Source: the human T2T-CHM13v2.0 reference genome, Homo sapiens
NCBI RefSeq assembly: GCF_009914755.1
Contig: NC_060926.1
Reading direction: 5' to 3' (one strand)
Length of the DNA: 64,000 nt
Shown here: positions 41,402-53,865 of the stretch, in pieces
Position numbering within the stretch: the first letter of the stretch is position 1
How the letters are laid out: every line of letters begins with the position of its first letter
The notes under the pieces: model-generated
The model's input: the letters and a program-made list of their open reading frames with translations, nothing else
What the model was told of the DNA's origin: nothing
Database searches by the model: none
Position numbers and translations under genes: made by a program

Positions 41402-41690
41402 TAAGAGAGTGGAAAAAATTTGGTTCTTGTAGCATTGTGGTGGATACCAGTTGTCGTATTAGGGTTTTTCAGAGAAATAAAACATATATATAAATATATA
41501 TACAAACACACATATACACATGTATATATGAATATAAGTGTATATATATAAACATACGTATATATAGGTTGCATATATATAGGTTTATATATGCAACCTA
41601 TATAGGTTTATATAGGAATATATATAGATACAGTACTTGGCATGTATCTCTCTCTCTCTCTCTATATATATATATAGATGTGTATATATA
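40874..41690. repeat. Tandem triplication of a ~260-bp unit containing AT/CT/CA microsatellites
   Basis: CATAAGA(C/G)AGTGGAAAAAA(A)TTTGGTTCTTGTAGCATTGTGGTGG starts at 40874, 41134 and 41400. Confidence 0.95.
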
Positions 41691-42608
41691 TATGTGTGTG
41701 TATATCTATAGATATGTATAGATATAGATATCTATATATGAGCTTTATTAGGGGGATTGGCTCACAGGATTACAGAGGCTGAGAAGTCCCACGATAGGCC
41801 TTCTGCCAGCTGGAGAACCAGGGAAGCTGGTAGTGTCGCTCAGTCCAGGTCTGAAGGCCTTGGAACCAGGAGAATCTATGGTGTAATCTCAGTCCAAGGT
41901 TGAAGACCTGAGGAGGCCACTGGTGTCAGTTCCTGAGTTCAAATGCTGAAGAGCGTGGAGTTCTGATGTCCAAGGGCAGGAGAAGAAGAGTGTCTCAGCT
42001 CCAAAAGTGAGAGAAGTGAGCACATTCTCTTTCCTCTGCCTTTTTGTTCTATGTGGGCCTCAGTTGACTGCATGGTGCCCTCCCATACTGGGTGAAGGGG
42101 ATCTTCCTCACCTAGTCCATTCAGACTCATGCACTAATATCCACTGGACACACCTTCACAGACACATCCAGAAATAATGCTTTGCTGCAGGGGTCCTCAT
42201 CCCTTCGGCCACAGAGTGGTACTGGTCCCTGGCCAGGTAGGAACTGGGAACTGGTCCATGGCCAGTTAGGCACAGTAGCAGGTGAGCAGCAGGCAAGTGG
42301 GCATTCCCCTCTGAGCTCTGCTGCCTGTCACATCGGCAGCAGCATTCGATTCTCATAGGAGCACGAATCCTGTTGTGAACTGCGCATGTGAGGGGTCTGG
42401 GTTGCATGCTCCTTATGAGAATTTAACGAATGCCTGACCATCTGAGTTGGAACAGTTTAATCCCGAAACTAACCCCCCAGTTGGTCCATGGAAAAATTAT
42501 CTTCCACACACTGGTGCCTTGTGCCAAAAATGTTGGGGACCACGGCTTTACCAGCTATCTGGGTATCCCTTAATCCAGTCAAGTTGACACCTAAACTTAA
42601 CCATGACA
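40930..42608 (-). mobile_element. MLT2 (ERVL) LTR with triplicated left end and nested MER1B
   Basis: GTATTAGGGTTTTTCAGAGAAA...GGATTGGCTCACAGGATTACAGAGGCTGAGAAGTCCC...GTCAAGTTGACACCTAAACTTAACCATGACA; TSD GTTGT. Confidence 0.85.
42188..42545 (+). mobile_element. MER1B (hAT-Charlie)
   Basis: CAGGGGTCCTCATCCC...GATTCTCATAGGAGCACGAATCCTGTTGTGAACTGCGCATGTGAGG...GTTGGGGACCACGG. Confidence 0.88.
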
Positions 42609-44143
42609 GTTGTCAATTCGGTTCAGTGAATTTGCTTTCATAGTGAATGTAAGTTCCTTACAGTACTTGGCATGTATCAGTGCCTCAAAAAAAATGTCAG
42701 GTTATAATCTAAGAAAATAATCTGCTTGGGCAAGTAAGACATTATTCATGGGTAGCATAACTACAGAGCAACCTACCTCTGAGGGGTACAGAGAACACGT
42801 GCCACAGGATTGAGAGAAGTCTCCCATATGCATGGGCAGTTGGGAAGGTGTCATCAAGGAGGCAGCCTTGGTCTGAGAGTTGAAATGGGTGGAGTGGGCG
42901 GGAATAGCCATTGCAGATGAGCGTGGCTGTGCAATGCCTGGGCAGGAGGCCCTGGGGAAGACCAGTCTACTAGAGTAGAAAATTTGGGTAGAGAATGTCA
43001 AGAAGTAAGGAAGGAAAAGTAGGTTCTGGAGAAACTGGACATTGTTGCTTGTCAGTCTGAGGAATTTGAACTAGAGACAATGGGGATATATAGAAACCTT
43101 CTGAGTTTGGGATTTCTATGATCAAAAACCGTCTTTAAGGAAGAACAATCTGATGACAGTGTGCAGATTTTATCCATGTTCATCCAGAAAACAGCCTCTG
43201 CTGCAATTTATGACAGGCCTGCCATCAGCATTGCAGGGCCTGGGATAGGGGTGCAGTTGGAGACTCACAAGCTATATATTTTTTAACATTTAAAAGTTAT
43301 AAACCAACCTGTTAATGACTACAACAAAAATTCTTAACATTTGTCCATAATCAGTATTTGTTCATAAAAACCAAATAAAAATATATGTAAAAGTATATGT
43401 TTTATGACTGAAGTTGGAAATATGAAATCATTCAAATTGTGGATTTGATTAGAATAATTTTCTTGCTCATATTTACTCTTTTGATCAATAGCTAAATTTT
43501 CACAAAATAAACTTGTAATGCCCTGTTCTCAAATTTTGTGTGGGTCATGCTTGACAAAAGTCTGTTCATATTTACTATTTTCAGTTTTAAATAATCTAAA
43601 CAGGCTGCTCTCTGCATATTTTCTGTTACTATTTCCATTTTTTCTTTAAGCTGCATTTTTATAATTTCTATTTCTAGCAAAATACCAACTTTCATGCATT
43701 CTTCAGATGTGAAGCCCTTTGCAGGGAAAGCTTGCCAACCCATCCCTAATCTAAAGGATTAGAAAGGAAAATGTAGTTACATTCATAATAGGACATTTGA
43801 ACATTTCACCAATAAAATATAAATTTAGATAAATTAAGTTTAAAAAATTAAGGTTATTTTTCATATTTTTCAATAGTACTATTTTTCTTTTAAAATAATT
43901 AAAGTTATTAAAATTAAAAGGCAAAATTTAATTAATGAGTATTCAAAAATCAAAATTATTCCAATAAAGTAAAATTTAAAATTTAATTTTTACAAAATTT
44001 AATTAAATACCTTTATAAAAATGAATGCATTTCCTAATGCTAGTGTTTAATGTGTATCTAGTTTTGGTTATAAAAGATCATTATCACACTTGATGAATGC
44101 TACACCTAGAATCCGTGTTATAATTCCCTCATGGTGAATTTAG

Positions 44144-44310
44144 ACCTACATAGACAGATTGAAGCGTCATATGAATTGCTTATATTACAGAATATTACAG
44201 AATTGCCCTCAGCCCCCATGCACAGCCGTTGCTAATGCAATGCTAATTAATAACCTGAACAAGCCTCAGCAGGAGCTCAGCTTCAGGCTCTCCAAGGGAG
44301 TGTGTGGCAG
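44144..44310 (+). pseudogene. Stop-free exon TYIDRLKRHMNCLYYRILQNCPQPPCTAVANAMLINNLNKPQQELSFRLSKGVCG(R)
   Basis: Donor CAG|gtgagc, phase 0 to 2. TAVANAML compares with CPED1 EAIGKLLL; ends in a split Arg like CPED1 ...HR/CRFC. Confidence 0.5.
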
Positions 44311-44713
44311 GTGAGCGGCCTGAACCCCGTGCAGCTCGGGTCCTGGCTCCAGTCTCTGACGTGGCAGGTGCAGAGCTCGCACCTTCAGGGCACTCAGGTG
44401 CGCTGCCTTTGTTTGGAGGATAAACAGTAGAGGTGTGGGTCCTGCTTCCCTGGGCCTACACAGCAGAGCAGCCTCCAATGCTCTGCTGACCCCTGGGACT
44501 CAGGCTCTCTGTGCGCTGGGATACGGCTATTTTCCTGGTGCTTGTTCTCTGCAGGGCCGGCCCTGACCCCCATCTCTCGCAAGAATGTGAGTTAACTCTA
44601 ATTTTAAATGACCTTTTCATCTCCATCTGGCTTAGCACCACAAATTGCTATTCTGAGTTTTAATCTGTGCCGTTTGGCCACGGCTGGCATGGATTGTCGA
44701 AGGGAGGAGGAGG

Positions 44714-44732
44714 CACTGCCCTCTGGTTGGCT
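44714..44732 (-). promoter_or_regulatory. Candidate CTCF site
   Basis: Minus strand AGCCAACCAGAGGGCAGTG. Confidence 0.4.
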
Positions 44733-45389
44733 GGCTAACATCTCTTGAGAAATTTCTCAGAAAGGGCTTGCTGTATAGACCTTCACCAGGACTGAATAAC
44801 AAGAGAGGGTCAGTCCTCCTGTTCCAGTTCAGCCTTTTTCGCCTTAGTGAGGTAATTGCAGGCAGCTCTAGAGAGACAGGGCAAGAATATTTGGTTTCCA
44901 GAGAAAATAACAGAACAGCTCCCAGTGATTCCCTAAATGGAATTTGGAATTATGACTCTCCCTGGCTCATTGAAGCATTGCTAGCTCTGATTCAGGGCTG
45001 CTCTGGCAAGCTGCATGTAATATTTCAATGAATGCTACATTGCATTGCAGTGAGCAAAATGCCAGAAAGGTTTCCTTTGCGAGGGTAAACCAGCCTTTTG
45101 TCTTCGTTGCTTATATTCTAGAACCTCACCACAAAATAAAAATAGTTAATCATTCTGGATGTTTAGAAATGTTAGATCAGAAAGACCAAGATAGAAGTCT
45201 AATTTAATGTAAGCCTAGGCTGAGCTGCTCTGTGTACATGTCCACTTGTATGAATGGAAAAGATTTTGAAACAATTCACATTCTGACAAAACGCCAATCG
45301 TGGTATGAAGCATGTCATTTTTGTCTGTTTGTCTCTTCCTCTCGCCTCTCTTTTACCCTTCAGTTGTTTCCTGCATTTCTAACGTTCAG

Positions 45390-45451
45390 TGAGGCACTGT
45401 ACTGAGCTGCTCGTGTCTTATGAAATGAACTGAGTTTTTGTGCTAACAGAG
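45390..45451 (+). pseudogene. Candidate exon RHCTELLVSYEMN*VFVLTE
   Basis: ttctaacgttcag acceptor; resembles CRxCF(E/Q)LLGFD...LLE of CPED1/TTL. Donor is GC and the frame is imperfect. Confidence 0.35.
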
Positions 45452-45970
45452 GCTACATTAGTCCCGCTAGAGACATAATTGAATATGCAGAGGTTTTGCT
45501 TGTGTTTATGATTTGCATGAGGTCAGAGTGCCATGGGCACCTGAAACTAACAGATCATCCAACGACATCAGTTCTGGCCTTTGGACAGCCCCTTGTCCCC
45601 CAATTCAAGTAGGACAGAGGCCTTGGGTTGGTCTTTCTGAAGTCCTTGAGTGTCATTGTTCATGGCTGTACCTGTGGGGAGAAGATGAGTTTGGGGCCTC
45701 AGCAAGGGGAAGGCTGTGGACACTCCACTCTTGATCTAGCTGTAGTGCAGCAGGGTGGGAAGGAGTGACCTGGAGTCAGAGGACGTGGTTTCAGGTCCGG
45801 CTCTATGCCTGGCTGCATGAACTTCATCAACCAGCTTAGAGTCTCTGAGCCTCAGTTTACTCATCTGAAAAAGAGGCTGTCTTTTCCCTAAGATTCTTCA
45901 ACAGATTAGTAAATCTACCTTAGCTAAAGGCCTTGTTGTACTAAACAACCCTCGATATATATGCTAGATA

Positions 45971-46691
45971 TGAAACCGCCTTTGCAAAATTATGACAGCA
46001 AGAGAAATCTGACATGGTTGACTCCATCTTGCTTCTGACCTCTAAGCTGTCCTTGGTCATTCCTGGGTGTAGGCCAAACTAACTTTGGGAGGAATTTAGT
46101 TTCTAGTTTAACCTTAAAGCAAGGATAATAATAGCCCTTCCCAAATCTAAATCACCTTTGTAAAACCAATAAAAGGCCATAAGGTAAGGATTATGAGAGG
46201 GGCCTGAACTCTGCTAAGATGTAGGCATAGTTTCCATAATCCCTTACTGCTCAGGGGTCATGTGGCCAGAGGTCACAAGAATTGTGACTTTCCCAGTTGC
46301 TCTTATAGATGACATTACTATCATAGAACCTAAGATTGGTGTTTGGAGCTTTCAGGCTGATTCCCCCTAAACTTGTGATTTATGACTCAGCTGATCCTGT
46401 AGCCCCATCCAGAGGTGGAATGAGCGCATGGGGGTGTGGACTGTTCTTCACACCCTGATGATTTCATCCCCAATCATTCGGCAGCACCCATTCCTTAGCC
46501 CCCTGCCCACCAAATTGTCCATAAAAATTCCAAGCTCTGAGCCTTCAGGGAGACTGATTTGAGTGTTAACTCAGTTCTCCCACGTGGGCCAGCCTCCTGT
46601 CAATTCAATTCTTTCTCTACTGCAATGGTGCAGTCCCAGTGAATTGCTTTTGTCTATGCAGTGGGCAGGAAGAACCCATTGGGAGATTAGA
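45971..46691 (+). mobile_element. LTR8A-type solo LTR
   Basis: TGAAACCGCCTTTGCAAAATTATGAC...GACTCCATCTTGCTTCT...GGGCAGGAAGAACCCATTGGG. Confidence 0.88.
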
Positions 46692-46799
46692 GACCAAGGT
46701 GGGATCTAGGGAGCCTTGCTTTTTCCTTAGAAGAAGACATTGCACAGGGATGAACAATGCGTCCTCAGCGCAAGAGGCAGTGCTCAGTCCTATTCTGGC

Positions 46800-47420
46800 A
46801 TCATGAGGGCTCTGGCTCTGTTTCCAGAGGGCTCAGGAGGGTACCCACATGCCAGTGAGACCCTAGCCCCAGCCAGTGTCTACGTTCTTGACACTGTCAT
46901 GAGAAAGAATTCAGGGGCGAGTCAGAATGAGGCCAAAGGCAAGAAGCTTTTATTGCAAAGTGAAGCACACACTTGAGAGTGAAGTGCAGGCTGGCTAGGG
47001 AGAGTGAGTCGTGCACTAGAGAGATTGGGTTTCTAGTTTTATGGGATCTTTTAATGAGGGAGTGGAATAATCATGAGGTCTTCTAGGAAAAAGGTGGAGA
47101 TTTCTTAGAATTCAGGTGCCACTCATTTCCATACTAAATATGGCCATGCTCCGATCTCTCTTGGTGCCGGAGGGTGTGTGATTTAGGATGTTAATGAGCA
47201 TATAATTAGGTTGGGGTAGGGCATGGGTCAAACCAAATGCCATGTTGGACTCAGCCCATTTCAGCCGCTTAGCCCCTTCCTGTTTGTTAGGGCCCCATCA
47301 GCCCAGGCTCACCCTTGTCCTGGTAGCTGATTTAACAGCTCTCATTTCTTGCTGCTGTGAAAGATCGCTGCTTGATATCTTCCTGTGTCTCCTATGACCA
47401 CCCAACATTCCTGTCTCACA
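46800..47420 (-). mobile_element. ERV1-class solo LTR, subfamily uncertain
   Basis: Minus strand starts TGAGACAGGAATG; + strand AAAGAATTCAGGGGCGAGTC...GCTTTTATTG (antisense polyA signal). Left edge approximate. Confidence 0.7.
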
Positions 47421-47683
47421 CCTGTTCTCTCAAAGGATGGCTGGGCAAGGGACCAGGAGTGTTGGGCACGCAGCGTTCATCCTGGGACAGGGGCTTGACC
47501 TGGATCCCGCTGAGGTCCCAGCTGGAAAGTGCTGGCCTGGCCCATCCCTGTTCTCTGCCATGCAGCTGTGCCAGACGGCCGTTTAGGGCCAAAAACAGAA
47601 TTGCAGAAACTCTGTGAGTGTTGAGGAAATAAGACGGATTCCTACAGTGTGATTTGAAAAAATCCTTTTGAATTCTAGCATGG

Positions 47684-48042
47684 TGTTAAAAGGAAAACCC
47701 AGCCATGAATGATTTGTGAATCTGGCAGCCCTCGAAACCAGGATAGGTTCAGAGGGTCTCCGGCCTGCCTCATGATGGAAGATTTATGGACAGAAAAAGG
47801 ACAGTGAGGTGAAAAAGGAAGTGAGGTCAGAAACAGCTGGATTGGTTACAGCTCAGGGTTTGTCTTACTGGAACACGGTTTGAACAGTCAGCTGCCTAGG
47901 ATTTGCCAAAACTCGGTGATGGGCACAAGAGTAGGTCACAGTCTGCTTACACATCCAGCTAGGTGACAGTTCACCCAGTACAGAAAGTCCCTTTGGCTGA
48001 GTTTAAAATATGTAAAGTGGTAGCTTTAGGATCAACCTAACA
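47684..48042 (-). mobile_element. MER57-family solo LTR
   Basis: AACAGCTGGATTGGTTACAGCTC...CACAAGAGTAGG...TTAAAATATGTAAAG...GCTTTAGG; TG...CA termini. Confidence 0.8.
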
Positions 48043-48736
48043 GTGGCTACATGTAGAAAATGAAAGTCATGGCTCCAAACGCACGACAGCCTGCTTTCCC
48101 CTTCAGTGTGTGTTGATGGACTGGGAGTGCCCGGATACCAGGGCTCACCGTGCCTGTCCCAGTCAGGGAATGTGACTTCACTTTGGCCCCTCCTGTGCAC
48201 AAACCCCCACCCTGTGTTCAGGTTTACCAGGACCCCTGAATTCTGAAAGGTGGATCCTACTTAGGAGAGGACAGCTTGGCACCAAGTGCTTTGGACTCTG
48301 GGGCAGACATTTCTCTCAGATCTGACGCTTGGCCCCTACCCACCTGCCTCTGTCCTCCAGGTAACCTTTTCTGCAGGCCTCGTCCTAGGGTGGCAGAGCC
48401 AGGCCTGTGGGGTGGGGGCTCTGCTGCATGGCCTGACCTGATCAGCCATTTCTTGGAGCCTGTTCTGTGTTGGTGCTGGGGAGAGAGCAGCAGGAATGCA
48501 AACCTGCTCAGATGTATTTTTCCTTTGAGATCACATCTGCTGTATTTGCTGTGAGCAAAGTTCATAAAAGGAAGGTGATGAAAAAGCGATATGGAATAAA
48601 CATTCTTTTTTCTATAGGGTATTTCAGAAAAGAAGGCCATTAACATTTGAAGGTGGCTCAATTTACACATTTTTAATATGTAAAACACCTAGTGACTAAA
48701 GTGAGATATACTTATTTAAAAGTGTAAGTACTTTCA

Positions 48737-49111
<375 letters not shown>

Positions 49112-49924
49112 TCACAATCTCAACTATTGAAGTTCTTCTATGTTTAATATTGTGGCTACTTAGCTGAGTAACTGAATATTGAGGAATGGCCCATTATCTC
49201 AAACTTGTGAGTTAAAAAATGCCAGAATATCACCCAAAATTGTAACCATATTACTGAGAGTTGGATTTGAATGAGTAGATGCTGTTCCAGGTTTGAAAGT
49301 AGTTATAAGAATGAGAACATGAATTCAGTACCCTGTGGGGATTGTGGGTCTGGAGGGTGTTTGGTGGGGCTGTCCTGGAGAATGATGATGCCGTTGTCTG
49401 GATGTGGGTGTAATAATACAAGGGTTACTTGCATGTACCTTGGCTTTCAAGAGATAAACCAGCACCTTCTTTGCCTTTTGGCATAATTATAAGCTGTGCT
49501 GCCGGGACTGTGTATCCCTTCTACGCTGTTGAACACTTTTCAAATGTTAATGGACTTATCTTCTGAAATGCCCTATAGGAAAGAGAATGTTTATCCCATA
49601 GCTGTTTTTTAAATCATCTTTCCTTTTATGAACTTTGCCACCTGACCTCGGCATGCCTGTTGTCCCACATGACATCTGGGCTCTTGAGTCCTTGCTTTGT
49701 GAATGACGTCAGCCTGAGTGCTTCCCTGACCGCCCCCAGCCACTGCGACTCACCTGCCTGTGAGTCTGAGCTCCTATGCTTCATTCTTCAGCTCTTCACA
49801 CATAACCCCCCTCAACTCCTCAAGCACGTACGCCTTCTTCTCTCAGCTCTGACAACTGAAAACACTTTTTCAGTTTTACATTTTTGCTCTCCTGACCTCG
49901 ATTTAAACTTCTAATTTAGATATC

Positions 49925-50948
49925 CGGTTGACCCTTGAACAACACAGGTTTGAACCGTGTGGATTCACATATATGTGCATTTTTTTCCTATAAATGTAAT
50001 GGAACATTTTTTGGAGATTTGTGACAATTTGGAAAAGCTTGTAGACAAACTTCATAGCCTAGAAATATTGAAAAAATTAAGTAAAAGTTAGAGATGTCAT
50101 GAATGCATAAAATATATGTAGATACTACTCTATTTTATCATTTAGTACCATAAATAAGTACAAATCTATTATAAAAAGTTAAAATATCTCAAAACCTGTG
50201 GGTAGAAACACAGACCATACAGCGTGCCATTCATAGTTGAGAAAAATGCAATAAACATAAAGATGTGAAATTAAATCAAAACTGCATCAAGTTAACTGTA
50301 GTGCATACCATGGTAATTTTGTAGCTACCTCCTATTGCCGTCGCAGTGACGGGAGTATTTGCTGAAAACACCATGTGACAGGCACCATCTCTGTGTGAGA
50401 AGTCTGTCTCTCCAGTAAGTTTCTCACTGCAGTAAGAAGTGATCCTTGCAGGTCTTGCATATTTTTCTTCATGCTTCATGCAATATCGAACACATTGTGT
50501 AACACTATGGGACCCACAGGAAGTGCCTCTAGTGATGCTGGAATAGGTCCCAAGAAGCAGAAATGTGGTGACATTATTAGAAAAAGCTGAATTGCTTGAG
50601 GTCTGTAGCTGCAGTTGCCCAGCATTTCATAAAGACAATTCATCTTCTAAGCAGGAGACATAAACTTACAGGATTGATAATGACAGGACAGAACTCTAAA
50701 TGTGCTTTCTTTTCCTTATCATTTTCTTAATAACATTTTCTTTTCTCTAGCTTACTTTATTGTAAGAATACAGCATATAATACATATCTAAAAATGTGTG
50801 TTAATCAACTGTTTATGTTTTCTGTAAGGCTTCTGGTCAACAGTGGGCTATTAGTAGTTAAGTTTTTGGGGAGTCCATAATTTACTTGGATTTTTGAGTG
50901 CGCAGGAGGTCAGTTCCTCTAACTTCCAAGTTGTTCAGGGGTCGACTG
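49925..50948 (+). mobile_element. Tigger2b-type DNA transposon
   Basis: Terminal inverted repeats CGGTTGACCCTTGAACAAC ... GTTGTTCAGGGGTCGACTG|TA; ~1 kb. Confidence 0.9.
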
Positions 50949-50997
50949 TATTTCTATGGGCTACCGTAGGTAAAGTGCCCCCACTCTTTACACAGAA

Positions 50998-51523
50998 CAG
51001 TTGTCCCTCCCCAACCTTTTTGGCACCAGGGACTGGTTTTGTGGAAGAAAATTTTTCCATGGATGGTCGGGGATGGGAATGGTTTTGGGAAGATTCAGGC
51101 ACATTCCATTTATTGTGTACTTTATTTCTATTATTATTACATTGCAATATATAATGAATTAATTATACAAGTCACCATAATGCAGAATCAGTGTGAGCCC
51201 TGAGCTTATTTTCCTGCAACTAGAAGGTCCCATCTGAAGGTGATGGAGACGGTGACAGATCATCAGGCATTAGATTCTCGTAAAGAGCACGCATCTTGGA
51301 TCCCTCGCATGTGCAGTTCACAGTAGGGTTTGTGCTATGAGACTGTAATGCCTGGGCCGATCTGACAGGAGGCAGAGCTCGGGGGTAATGCGAAGGATGG
51401 GGAGTGGCTGTAAATACAGATGAAGCTTCACTCATTCGCCCCCGTTCACCTTCTGCTGTGCAGCCTGGTTCCTAACAGGTGAGGGACTGGTCCCGGTCTC
51501 TGGCCTGGGCTTGGGGACCCCTG
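50998..51523 (-). mobile_element. MER1A
   Basis: CCCCAACCTTTTTGGCACCAGGGACTGGTTTTGTGGAAG...CTTGGGGACCCCTG. Confidence 0.9.
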
Positions 51524-52742
51524 TGGTAGAAGGCGGTGGTAGTGAGGGAACAGAGTACAGACTCTGACATAAGATCTGCACTTGCTCTTTTCTTCTAGTC
51601 CAACCACTCCTGGCCATTTTGGCAAGCTGACTAACCTCTCTAGGTTTGAGTGGGGATAATAAAACCTATGTAACACTGTTATTAAATGATAAACTGCAAA
51701 GTGCCTAGCAGAGTTTATAGTTGCTGCTCAGTAAATAGCGGCTAGTTGATTGACTTTAATAAGCTTTTTAGGAATGGGTCTTTGTCTTAGTGCCAAGCAT
51801 TCAGAAAGTGCTCAATGCATAGTCTTGAATTTGGAATCTATCTCTAATATGATCCGGACCCCAGGCCTAATAGCTGGATCCAGACACAGCATCCTTCTGT
51901 CAGCTCCCGGAGGGCAGGGATGTTGGTCTGTTTTGTTCCCTGTTGTATCTTCAGCATCCGGAACCATGTCTAGCACATAATTAGCACTCAATAAATATTT
52001 GTTGAATGAGTCTCTGCTGATGACATCTCAATTCTGTGGCAAAAGCTAGCTCTATTCTGTTTTGTAGTCTGTTTGTATTTCCTGAGTATGTATTAATTCA
52101 GGGTAAAGAAGAGATACAAGAATCTTGCTGCCAGAGCTTGTGATCAGCAGGAAATTTGGAATTAGTCTCTGGTTTTCATAATCCTCAAAAATGGGGTGAT
52201 TTATAGGTGGACTGATCCAGGTGTTCCTAATTAACCGGCACCATGGAGGCAACGTGAAGTCTTGGAAACTGCACTCTTTGTAATTTAAAACATGAAAACT
52301 GGGTTCACTCCCTGTTATGTGTGTGCATTGCTCTTCCACAAGACAAGCAGAGCAGGCTGATTGGTCTGCTTATGACAGTCACTCAACAGACCGAGCTTCC
52401 TTCTAAATGCACTTTAATCAGGGCCCTGGCCTGTTTTCCTACTCTACTCACAAGAATAGCCTCCATTGTCTGACTTTTCAGATAGGTAGGTTAGTTTCCC
52501 TAGATAGGGTAAGGACACCTATTTCTTCCCAATTATATTTCATTCCAACCAGTTTCTGACAAGGTCACGGTTCCCCTGTATTTTCCTGGTATGGTGAGCT
52601 AACAAGGAAAGGAAGAGCCCCCGTTTTGCAGTTGTTAACTGTGATCAAGACTCAGCTTAGCTTCCTCCCTGCCAAACACGGAAACAATGAGCTTTTATGT
52701 CACCATTTTGGTTGTAATCTTGTTTGTTTTTTATTTCAAAAG

Positions 52743-52991
52743 ATAATAGAGGCATCCTAAAATGACACACTGAGAATCAGGATAGCCCCTGTGGATGGTA
52801 TCACCCTGGAGAATTCCTTACAGCCAGGCTATCAGTGTGACCAAGGGTAATTGTGCTGCTGAAGTTGGGCCGCACAGCTTTCGCAGGGTAAAGATAAAAC
52901 CATCAGATCAGCTTTGTTTGGCCCAAGAATTTCCTTTTGTTTAGATGCTGAAGGAACTGTAGCTAGCAGTGAGAATTTTTTAAGATGATAG
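52743..52991 (+). pseudogene. Degenerate block RGIL/NDTLRI ... DQLCLAQEFPFV*MLKEL*LA/SENFLR
   Basis: U-rich acceptor ...ttatttcaaaag. ILNDTL compares with CPED1 LLNDTF; CL...LKEL...F compares with CPED1 CLSLEE...IKELGSLGQF. Confidence 0.5.
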
Positions 52992-53810
52992 GTGGGCAGC
53001 TATAGCCATACTCAGAAGTCCTGTGAAATGAACGTCAGCAGAGACACAATTCTGGGCAGAGTCTTGCTCATTTGAGTAAAACTGTGAGTCACAAAGTAAA
53101 GGAGGGTAACCTATGTGTTAATGACAGGCTCTGTTTATTAGAGCCAAAGCTGGTTAGGTTGGTTTTGTGTACTTAGGTGAGCAAACTTAGGAGGTCCTGA
53201 CCAGCCGTGCCCTGTGTTCTAGGGGCTGGGGTGGTTTGAAAGTTTCAGTGGTATTGGTTTATTGGCCATTGAAAAATTAATGCATTTTAAACATCCAGTA
53301 TGATATTGCTAACAAATAATTTTACTTAAAAGAATTCTACCTTATGTGAAATCTCTTAAAAATCTGACCATAGTAATATAATGCTGACATGCACATTTGA
53401 ATTTAGTATCGGGCTTGTGTAACAATAGAGTAGGTGAAATTCCATAAACATTGAAATGCATGTATAATTTTGGCAATTTATGGAGCAAACAGTCATTCTA
53501 TCAGTTACCAAGTAATATTTAAGTCCCACCTTCTCCCAGTTTCTAATTGGTTAAGCAGTTGCAAGGTGAAATTGTGTAGTATGGAAGAAAAAACAGAAAC
53601 ATGTAAATAATTTCTTTGTAGATCATTATGTTTGTCAAATGTATCCTTTTACGTCCAGATGTTTTCTGTTTTTTCAAAAAAAATCTTTAAGGTATTTCTA
53701 ACCGTGCTTACTGGAATTCCTGGATTACGATAATGTTCAGGGAGATTTTATCAAAGCTTATCTGACCTTCTACAGCTTTTTTTTTTTCTTCTTCTTTTTA
53801 TTCCTGAAAG

Positions 53811-53865
53811 GTGCCATAGCTCTTCTGGGAGCATTGGCAACAACAAAGGCTCATGATGCCAACTG
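53811..53865 (+). other. 55-nt exon with near-consensus splice signals
   Basis: ~30-nt pyrimidine tract + aag acceptor, donor CTG|gtaagt. Confidence 0.55.

Noticed and set aside
40784-41574. Several 60-147 aa ORFs rich in Y/I/C/V
   Set aside because: Translations of (TA)/(CA)/(CT) microsatellites.
49494-49570. CRDCVSLL...YLLK as an alternative CRxCFQLL exon
   Set aside because: Competes with 45390-45451, has weaker splice context and needs frameshifts. Cannot be resolved without an alignment.
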